From: Bacilli bacterium
Lineage (GTDB): Bacteria > Bacillota_I > Bacilli_A > RF39 > UBA660
Direction of reading: 5' to 3'
NCBI GenBank assembly: GCA_017397685.1
Contig: JAFQID010000026.1
Span: 153-64,152, forward strand
DNA: 64,000 nt
Made by a program: the position numbers and the translations under genes
Notes under the pieces: generated by a model
What the model was told of the DNA's origin: nothing
Databases searched by the model: none
Seen by the model: the letters and a program-made list of their open reading frames with translations, nothing else
In this document: one piece after another, positions 54,484 to 62,058 of the stretch
Numbering within the stretch: position 1 is the first letter of the stretch
How the letters are laid out: each line of letters begins with the position of its first letter

Positions 54484-54680
54484 TTTAACGGGGAAGGAAA
54501 GAGATAATATTACTTTTACAAGAGAGTTAGTGGTTGGTGAGAACTAATTAAAGGTATATTTGAAGATGGTTCTGGAGTTAAAACGCGTTACTTGCGTTAT
54601 AAGTAAGAGATGATTAAAATCATGAATTAAGGTGGTACCACGGCAAGAAGTCGTCCTTTGTTTATGGTTTTTTATTTTTA
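54484..54680 (+). promoter_or_regulatory. T-box riboswitch leader (Met specifier) controlling metG
   Basis: AGAGA box (AAGAGAGTTAGTGG). Candidate specifier GAAG-ATG-G with ATG at 54566-54568. T-box core AATTAAGGTGGTACCACGG at ~54625-54643. U-rich tract before the RBS. Confidence 0.75.
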
Positions 54681-54691
54681 AGGAGGAAAGT

Positions 54692-56215
54692 ATGGAAAAA
54701 AAGAAATTTTATTTAACAACACCTATTTATTATCCAAGTGCGGAGTTTCATATAGGACATTGTTATACAACTATTATTGCTGATAGTATTGCAAGATATA
54801 AAAGACTATCTGGATTTGATGTGTTTTTTCAAACTGGTACTGATGAACATGGTCAAAAGATTGAAAGAAAAGCTATGGATGCGGGAGTAAGTCCTAAAGA
54901 GTATGTTGATAAGATTATTTTGAATGCTAAGGATTTATGGAAGTCTCTAGGAATATCTTATGATTATTTTATTAGAACATCTGATGAGGATCATAAAAAA
55001 AGAGTTCAAGAAATATTTAAAAAGATGTATGATAGTGGAGATATTTATAAGAGTGAGTATAAAGGTCTTTATTGTACACCATGTGAATCTTTTTGGACTG
55101 AGGCTCAACTTGTAGATGGTAAGTGTCCAGATTGTGGTAGAGATGTTGAGGAGGCACATGAGGAAGCATATTTCTTTAAACTTTCTAAATATCAAAAGAA
55201 GTTAGAAGAGTTTTATGAAGCTAATCCTAATTTTTTACTTCCATTATCTAGAAAGAATGAAATGATTAACAATTTTATTAAACCAGGACTTGATGATTTA
55301 TGTGTGTCAAGAACATCATTTACTTGGGGAATACCTGTAAGTTTTGATGAAAAACATGTTGTTTATGTTTGGGTTGATGCTTTATCAAATTATATTACTT
55401 CTCTTGGTTATCCAGAAGAAAGTGAAATGTTTAAAAAGTTTTGGCCTGCTGACTTACATTTAGTAGGTAAAGAAATTGTTAGATTTCATGCGATTATATG
55501 GCCTGCGATGCTTATGAGTCTTGGTATTGAACTTCCTAAGTGTGTGTTTGGTCATGGATGGTTAATTATTGATGGAGGTAAGATATCTAAGTCAGTAGGT
55601 AATTATAAAGATCCAAGGGAATATATTAATGAATATGGAGTAGATGCGGTTAGATATTTTGCTTTACGTGAAGTTCCTTTTGGTAATGATGGTAATTTCT
55701 CTGAGGATGCTTTGATCGCTAGAACTAATGCTGATCTTGTAAATAATCTTGGTAACCTTGTTAATAGAACTATTGCGATGGTTAATAAATATTTTGATGG
55801 AATTGTTAGTAATCCTGGGGTTAAAGAGGATGTTGATGACGCTTTAGTTGTATATGCGAATGAACTTAAAAAATTAGTTGATAATAAGATGAATAGTTAT
55901 AAAGTAAATGAAGCTCTTGAAGATATTTTTGAACTTTTAAAAAGAGCAAATAAATATATTGATGAGACTACTCCTTGGATTTTAGCTAAGGATGAAACAA
56001 AGAAAGATAGACTTGCGAGTGTATTATATAATTTACTTGAAAGTATAAGAATAGCATCTGTTTTATTAAGAGCATTTATACCTAGTACTAGTGATAAGAT
56101 ATTTAATATGCTTAATACTAGTAAAATAGATTTTGAGTCTCTTAGTTTTGGAAACTTAGAAACTGAAATTAAACTTAATGAGTCTGAAATATTATTTAAT
56201 AGAATTGAAAAATAA
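54692..56215 (+). CDS. metG: methionyl-tRNA synthetase (short form, no C-terminal tRNA-binding domain)
   Basis: Start at MEKKKFY (AGGAGG RBS). HIGH variant (EFHIGH), zinc knuckles CTPCESFW...CPDCGR, and KMSKS variant KISKS. Confidence 0.92.
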   Translation: MEKKKFYLTTPIYYPSAEFHIGHCYTTIIADSIARYKRLSGFDVFFQTGTDEHGQKIERKAMDAGVSPKEYVDKIILNAKDLWKSLGISYDYFIRTSDEDHKKRVQEIFKKMYDSGDIYKSEYKGLYCTPCESFWTEAQLVDGKCPDCGRDVEEAHEEAYFFKLSKYQKKLEEFYEANPNFLLPLSRKNEMINNFIKPGLDDLCVSRTSFTWGIPVSFDEKHVVYVWVDALSNYITSLGYPEESEMFKKFWPADLHLVGKEIVRFHAIIWPAMLMSLGIELPKCVFGHGWLIIDGGKISKSVGNYKDPREYINEYGVDAVRYFALREVPFGNDGNFSEDALIARTNADLVNNLGNLVNRTIAMVNKYFDGIVSNPGVKEDVDDALVVYANELKKLVDNKMNSYKVNEALEDIFELLKRANKYIDETTPWILAKDETKKDRLASVLYNLLESIRIASVLLRAFIPSTSDKIFNMLNTSKIDFESLSFGNLETEIKLNESEILFNRIEK

Positions 56216-56236
56216 ACACTTCGGTGTTTTTTTGTC
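56214..56236 (+). terminator. intrinsic terminator after metG
   Basis: AAACAC-ttcg-GTGTTT followed by a T run. Confidence 0.75.
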
Positions 56237-56281
56237 TTTAAAAATATAGATAATTATGATAAGATTATATTGTGATAATTT

Positions 56282-56680
56282 ATGGAATATGATAGGTTTT
56301 CTTTTAAAATTAATATAAAACAAAAAGTTGAGTATAATAAATTACTTTTAAAAGATGTTAATGATAATATTTTAGATAATTATGAAAGAATAATATATGG
56401 GGATAAGAGTGAATATGAAAAAGTTTGTTTAGAGTTGGAAACGATTTTAAGTTATTGTAAAAAAAGTGATGCTTTGATTGTTTTTTTAATTAATTATTTA
56501 TTAGATTATATTTATAAGAATAAAGAAATAGATAATAACAGTATAAACAGATTTAAACAATTAATTTGTGTATTAAATATACATTATGGTATGGATTATG
56601 GATTTTATAAAACTGTTAAATATTTAGATAATAATTCGTTGGAAATTATTATTTCAAAGATTAACAAGTATTTTTTATAA
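56282..56680 (+). CDS. hypothetical helical protein (cluster gene 1)
   Basis: 132 aa. No family recognised. Weak RBS. Confidence 0.45.
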   Translation: MEYDRFSFKINIKQKVEYNKLLLKDVNDNILDNYERIIYGDKSEYEKVCLELETILSYCKKSDALIVFLINYLLDYIYKNKEIDNNSINRFKQLICVLNIHYGMDYGFYKTVKYLDNNSLEIIISKINKYFL

Positions 56681-56702
56681 TCTTGAAGGGAGAAAAATAA
56701 AA

Positions 56703-58757
56703 ATGGAAAATTATAATAATAATGTAAATATTGAAAAATTTAAATATTTTTTAACAAGAAATATGGATTATTTAAATCTTGAAAAAACTAAAGTTGAGGA
56801 ATTTATTTTTTCTTTGAATTATTATGTTGAAAGGTTAAAAAATTTTATAGAAGATCCACAATCTATCGATGCTGATATGTTATTTGGAGATGATATGAGT
56901 TTTATTAGAGAAGAAATATCAAATTATAGTTTATCTATTGAATCTAAAATTTTCAGTAAAGCAAATTATACGAATCAAGTTGCATATGCTAAGTATTTGA
57001 TTTTTGCATTTACTAATCATATTATTCAACCATATAAGATTTGTAAACATATTATTTCTAAATGTTCTGAGGTTTTAGAAATAATTAAATATAAAGATAA
57101 TAAATTAGATTTTCCTATTGATAGTCAAGAAAAATATGATTTAATAGATGATGTAGTTAAATTTTTTTCTAGAAAAAAATTACTAGATTTAGATTTTGAT
57201 GAATTGGATTTTAAATTTAAATTTAATACTGTGCAATCTTTTATGTTAGAGTTGGCTTCTCTTGATTTAAATGCCAAAAAATATAGAGATAAATTATTTG
57301 AAGAAAAGAAGAGAAAAATTGCCAAAAGAAAAATAAGAAGAAATATTGAAAAACAAGTTATAGAAAAAGACCAAGATAAAAGTGAAATACAAATAATTGA
57401 TTTAGAAAAAGAAATTGAATATTTTAAAAATAAACTAGGTGATATTTTAATTAAATATAAAAATACAATTGATCATGATTATTCTGAAGATATTGATGAT
57501 GGATTTGAAATCATAAAAAATGAAAGTAGTGAAGAAAAAGATTATTTTTTATCTTCAAAGTTAGATGTATGTTTAGGAATTGTTATCAAAGATATTGAGT
57601 TTATGTTATCTAATAACTTTGAATTAACAAATGAATATTATTATAAATTGAAAAAGGCTTTTGATACGTGTGAGGTTCTTCTTCCTATTAAGGATTTTGA
57701 TATTGAGCATAATGACGAATTAAATAAAGCACAAGAATCGATTAATAATTTTTATAATTTAATAAGTGAAGAAGAAAGAAATATTCTTATTTCTATTTAT
57801 GAACATATATCTAATATTAATTTTGCATCTAGTGAAAATATGAATGATGAAAATACTAATATTTCATTTAATTCTGACGATATTATTGATGATGAAAATA
57901 ATATATATTCTTCTAATGAACAGTATAGGAAACAAGAAATGTTGATTAAAGATTTTATAAGTAATGTAAGTGGCATTAACACAAAGATTGATTATAATTT
58001 TTATAGAATGTATGAGTGTATTGTAAATAGTGAAAAATATTTAAAAGAGTATGATAGTGAAGTAGATTTAAATAATAGAAAATATTGTTTAAAAGAAATA
58101 AATCTTTTGATAAAGAATTATTCTGATTTACTAGAGATTAAACAAATTATTGAAACTAGAAATAATGTTAGAAATGATATTTATTATTTATATTTAGATG
58201 ATGGTGTCAGTAGTATGATTGAATATATATTGGATGATAAAAAACATATAAATATTGATAGAAATTTTAGCATTGTTAAAGGTCTTGTTAATAAGATTAG
58301 GAATTTAAGTGATGTAGATATTCATCGTATATCTGGGGAAGTTCTTGGTTCTTATAATAATGGAAGTGTTAGAAGAAATAGAGATGGTAATTATAGGATA
58401 ACTTTTATACATATAAATAGATTGGGAAAATTAAATATTGAATTAGAAAGAAGTTGTTATATTGTTATAGCCTGTGGGTTTAAAAAAGCGGATAAGACAA
58501 TATATGATTTTACTAAGAGTAGAAAAGTAACAAACGCACTTGAAGATTTATATATATATATAAAAAGAGAGAATGATAAAATAGATGCAGAGAATTTAAC
58601 TGAAGAAGAAAAGAAATCAAAAATCAAAAGTTTTATATCTGATATAGTTACTGCTAATAATAAAAAATTCGAAGAAGATTTTGAAACGGAGATAGAACAT
58701 CGTTTGAGAGGTGAGGATAATGACTGGGATGAAGAAACAGTTAATAGACAAATTTAG
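56703..58757 (+). CDS. 684-aa protein: long helical N-terminal region + C-terminal RelE/ParE-like domain (cluster gene 2)
   Basis: C-terminal ~aa 492-603: DIYYLYLDD...IEYILDD...IVKGLVNKIRNLSD...GEVLGSYNNGSVRRNRDGNYRITFIHINR...CYIVIACGFKKADKTIY follows the RelE/ParE layout (R.R.G.YRiiy.i ... vvil.ig.R...Y). Confidence 0.55.
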   Translation: MENYNNNVNIEKFKYFLTRNMDYLNLEKTKVEEFIFSLNYYVERLKNFIEDPQSIDADMLFGDDMSFIREEISNYSLSIESKIFSKANYTNQVAYAKYLIFAFTNHIIQPYKICKHIISKCSEVLEIIKYKDNKLDFPIDSQEKYDLIDDVVKFFSRKKLLDLDFDELDFKFKFNTVQSFMLELASLDLNAKKYRDKLFEEKKRKIAKRKIRRNIEKQVIEKDQDKSEIQIIDLEKEIEYFKNKLGDILIKYKNTIDHDYSEDIDDGFEIIKNESSEEKDYFLSSKLDVCLGIVIKDIEFMLSNNFELTNEYYYKLKKAFDTCEVLLPIKDFDIEHNDELNKAQESINNFYNLISEEERNILISIYEHISNINFASSENMNDENTNISFNSDDIIDDENNIYSSNEQYRKQEMLIKDFISNVSGINTKIDYNFYRMYECIVNSEKYLKEYDSEVDLNNRKYCLKEINLLIKNYSDLLEIKQIIETRNNVRNDIYYLYLDDGVSSMIEYILDDKKHINIDRNFSIVKGLVNKIRNLSDVDIHRISGEVLGSYNNGSVRRNRDGNYRITFIHINRLGKLNIELERSCYIVIACGFKKADKTIYDFTKSRKVTNALEDLYIYIKRENDKIDAENLTEEEKKSKIKSFISDIVTANNKKFEEDFETEIEHRLRGEDNDWDEETVNRQI

Positions 58758-60441
58758 ATTAATGCTTGCAGCTAATAGTAAATATTATGATATGTTTGAT
58801 GATTTAAATTATTTGTTATATAGTATAAAAGATGCTCCTTTTAATTTGATTGAAATAGAGAAAAAATATTTGCCTTATGTAGAGAATAATTTAAGTGATG
58901 GTGCAAAAGAGTTTGTTAAAGACACAAAAAGTGTACTTGATGTTTTTGAGAAAAGCAAATACTATGATTTGCCAAAAGAGGTTGTAAATAATATAGTTCA
59001 AAACGTTTATTTTTCTGAAGTAATGGAAAAACTTGATAGATTTTTATTACATTGCAGTCAAAGAGAAAAAATAGAAGAAGTTATTACTTATTTAGAAAAT
59101 TTAAAAGAAAATGAATATTTAGAAATTGAAAAAATTAAAATGATTTTAATTAATGATTTAAAATTTGACTGTAGAGTAAAAAGTGATATATTTTTATTAA
59201 TGCCTAAATATAATATATTTGTTAGTAAAAATATTGAGAATATGTATGATAAAGAGATGTTAGAGATAGATATTATATCCAATGAAGAACTTATAGATAT
59301 TTTTAAAGAATATGGTTATAATTTTTTGTTAGTTTCGGAGAAGATGAGGGAATATGCAAAAATATATGGTGATTTAGATAATATTCGTTATATGTTTGAA
59401 TTTTTTAAGGACAATAATGTCAAATTCAGTGAAAATGATGAGAAGTATTTATACATATTATTTAAGTCAGATGAAGTATGTATTAACAATTTAAAAAGCA
59501 TTTGTGATGATTATGGATTTGAATTAAATAGCTTGCTTAATAGAACACCTTCTGTATTCTGGGATAGTATTAAAAGAGATAAAGTTAATAGAAAACCTGG
59601 ACCTCCGAGACCTGGTGGTGATGAAGTTTCATTATCTGGTTCTAATGGGGATTTTAAAAAAAATGTTGAACTTATTAAATCTTTAGGATATCCTGTTAAA
59701 GAATCTTATGATAAGTGTTCATCTGTGTTTGTTTGTTCTTATAGGAAATTAAAAGGCAATGTAGATGATTTGATTAGATATGGAATTGATCCAAACAATT
59801 TTTCTAAAATTATAAAATTGACTGGATTAACAAGTAGTAATATATTAAATACTATAGATAGGTTTATAGAACTAGGAGAACTTGACTATTTGTTTGATAA
59901 TACTTCTAGGTTAGCTTTGGATTGTAATCATGTTATATTTCATAGACTTTATAAGGTTAAAAAGCATAATATGGAAAATCCAACGAACCCAATTGACTAT
60001 AAGAATATCTCTAAAACGGGTTCTATTAGTTATAAATCTTTTATTACTTCTTATCATGATACAACTTTAAAAATAAATAATGATAATAAAAATTTAGTAA
60101 ATAATTTTGTTGAACCTTGTGTTTTATTTGATGAAGATAAAGAAAAGGTTATAAGAGCTCTTGATGAAGGAAAAAATGATGACAAAGATCCTTTAGAAAT
60201 GTCAGATATTAAGTTTTTAGAAGAAAACTATAAAGTTAATGATTTAGTTTATAGTGTTTGTGGATTTACTTTTTCTAGGTTAAAAGTTCTAAGGTTATAT
60301 TCTTCTCTTGAAAATGTAGATATTGATTTAGATGATTTATTATTTTACTGTTTAACATATAATTCTATGTTAACTAAGGAAGATGTGGAAGTTATCAAAA
60401 ATGAAATTAATTTAAAAAGAAAAGGGGATTTATTATTATGA
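58720..60441 (+). CDS. ~570-aa protein with mTERF-like helical repeats (cluster gene 3)
   Basis: Start uncertain (GTG 58711, ATG 58720 or ATG 58729). Overlaps gene 2 by ~40 nt. Repeats such as NVELIKSLGYPVKESYDKCSSVF / NVDDLIRYGIDPNNFSKIIKLTGL / IDRFIELGELDYLFDNTSRL. Confidence 0.55.
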   Translation: MTGMKKQLIDKFRLMLAANSKYYDMFDDLNYLLYSIKDAPFNLIEIEKKYLPYVENNLSDGAKEFVKDTKSVLDVFEKSKYYDLPKEVVNNIVQNVYFSEVMEKLDRFLLHCSQREKIEEVITYLENLKENEYLEIEKIKMILINDLKFDCRVKSDIFLLMPKYNIFVSKNIENMYDKEMLEIDIISNEELIDIFKEYGYNFLLVSEKMREYAKIYGDLDNIRYMFEFFKDNNVKFSENDEKYLYILFKSDEVCINNLKSICDDYGFELNSLLNRTPSVFWDSIKRDKVNRKPGPPRPGGDEVSLSGSNGDFKKNVELIKSLGYPVKESYDKCSSVFVCSYRKLKGNVDDLIRYGIDPNNFSKIIKLTGLTSSNILNTIDRFIELGELDYLFDNTSRLALDCNHVIFHRLYKVKKHNMENPTNPIDYKNISKTGSISYKSFITSYHDTTLKINNDNKNLVNNFVEPCVLFDEDKEKVIRALDEGKNDDKDPLEMSDIKFLEENYKVNDLVYSVCGFTFSRLKVLRLYSSLENVDIDLDDLLFYCLTYNSMLTKEDVEVIKNEINLKRKGDLLL

Positions 60442-60731
60442 ATTTTTTAGATTTAGATAGTAATAGTCTATATGTTTATGATAAAATCAAAGAAATTTAT
60501 GGGGATGGATTTTTAAGTGATTTATATTTAAATAAGAGTAATATTAAAAGTGTTATTTCTTATTTAAAAAGTTTGGGTATTAAATGTATTAATGAATTAT
60601 TAATTTATAAAATAGATGTATTTTTTAAAGATGTTGATTTTTTAGAATGTGAGATTAAAAAATTCGATGTTAGTGAGTTTGTCAATTTAGTTAATGATGA
60701 TTATTTTATGATTGATAATTATTTATTTTAA
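60438..60731 (+). CDS. 97-aa protein with one or two mTERF-like repeat units (cluster gene 4)
   Basis: ATGA overlap with gene 3. IKSVISYLKSLGIKCINELLIYKIDVFF. Confidence 0.5.
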   Translation: MNFLDLDSNSLYVYDKIKEIYGDGFLSDLYLNKSNIKSVISYLKSLGIKCINELLIYKIDVFFKDVDFLECEIKKFDVSEFVNLVNDDYFMIDNYLF

Positions 60732-60793
60732 GTTTATTAAGAAAGTGGGATTTATTCTTGCTTTTTTTGTTTTTTATAGTTTATAATTGATGT

Positions 60794-61999
60794 ATGAAAA
60801 GAGTTAAAGAAGTAATATTGTTAATTGGATTATTTATTATAGTTATTATTTTAATTTTGTTATATTTCATTGGTAGATATAATTATAATAAGATTATGGA
60901 TAAAACAACTGAACTTTATAATGTGGTTAGTGAAAATAAAGTGGGTGTTTATTTTTATAAGAATGGTGTTTTGTTTGATGAAAATAATAATATAGTAAAT
61001 TCTTCAATATATTTTGATGCTGAGGGAAAGATAGGTAAGGATAAGTATGGGCATATATCTATTAATTTAAAGTATGGTGAAAAGTACATATGTAAGAGTG
61101 CTCTTGGAGATATTACATATTCTAAGAAATGTAATGGTTATGATATAGATGTAGAAATGGCAAGGAATAATTATCAAATATCTTTTAGTTTTAATAAGGA
61201 AGTTGATGGTTATAAAATTTCTAGTAATGATGATTTTGCTGGTGAGTTTTTGAAATTGAATATTGGTGATGAAAACTTTGTTCTTAATTTGAATCATGCT
61301 GGTACATATTTTATTTGGTTTAAGGATAAGTATGGTAATGTGAGTGATGGTATTAAATATAATGCTGAGTGTTTAAATGTAGTTAAGGAAAAGTATTCTA
61401 GTGATGTTTTATATTGTACTGGCTCTGTTGTTAATATTGGAGAAGAGAGTTTTATTGTTATTAGAGATGAAGGTGGGTTTGTTGATTTAATGAGTTATAA
61501 TGCTTTGGATGAGAAGATGGCTCATTGTAGTTTATCTAATGATGGAAGTTGTTATTATGTGAGTGATGATGATAAGTTTGAGTATAGTTGGGGTAATTCG
61601 AGTATTAATAAGTATTTGAATGATGTATATTTTTCTAATCTAAGTGATGAAATTAGAGGTATGATTGTTGAAAGGGATATTTGTAATAATTATTCTGGTG
61701 TTGGTGGATGTGATAATGGAGATGGATGTGGTGGATTTAAAAAAGAAGTTATTGAAGAGAATAACTGGGTATGTAGAGACTATGTTAAAAGTAAGATTAG
61801 ATTAATTTCATATGATGAATATGTGTATTTGATTGAGAATAGTAAAAATAAGATTACTTTTAATGATTATTTTCATATGATTAATTCTAGTAATGATAGT
61901 ATGAAGAATCTTAGTGTTTTATTTAATGGTGATGTTTATACTAAAGAGAAGAGTATAAATAAATTATCTGTAAGAACTGTTTTTACAATTAAAAAGTAA
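60794..61999 (+). CDS. membrane-anchored Cys-rich extracellular protein
   Basis: 401 aa. N-terminal TM helix. The C-terminal region (EYSWGNSSINKYLNDVYFSNLSDEIRGMIVERDI) resembles surface-protein domains common in Bacillota. Confidence 0.55.
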   Translation: MKRVKEVILLIGLFIIVIILILLYFIGRYNYNKIMDKTTELYNVVSENKVGVYFYKNGVLFDENNNIVNSSIYFDAEGKIGKDKYGHISINLKYGEKYICKSALGDITYSKKCNGYDIDVEMARNNYQISFSFNKEVDGYKISSNDDFAGEFLKLNIGDENFVLNLNHAGTYFIWFKDKYGNVSDGIKYNAECLNVVKEKYSSDVLYCTGSVVNIGEESFIVIRDEGGFVDLMSYNALDEKMAHCSLSNDGSCYYVSDDDKFEYSWGNSSINKYLNDVYFSNLSDEIRGMIVERDICNNYSGVGGCDNGDGCGGFKKEVIEENNWVCRDYVKSKIRLISYDEYVYLIENSKNKITFNDYFHMINSSNDSMKNLSVLFNGDVYTKEKSINKLSVRTVFTIKK

Positions 62000-62058
62000 T
62001 TGAAAAACAGTTTTTTGTATGTTAAAATTATACTAGTAATAGTAGAGGAGATTTTATT

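Noticed and set aside
54632-54691. The track start of metG (MVPRQEVVLCLWFFIFKEES...) lies 60 nt upstream of MEKKKFY.
   Set aside because: The extension runs through the T-box core and the U-rich tract of the leader. AGGAGG sits 5-11 nt before the ATG at 54692, and the conserved MetRS N-terminus begins there.
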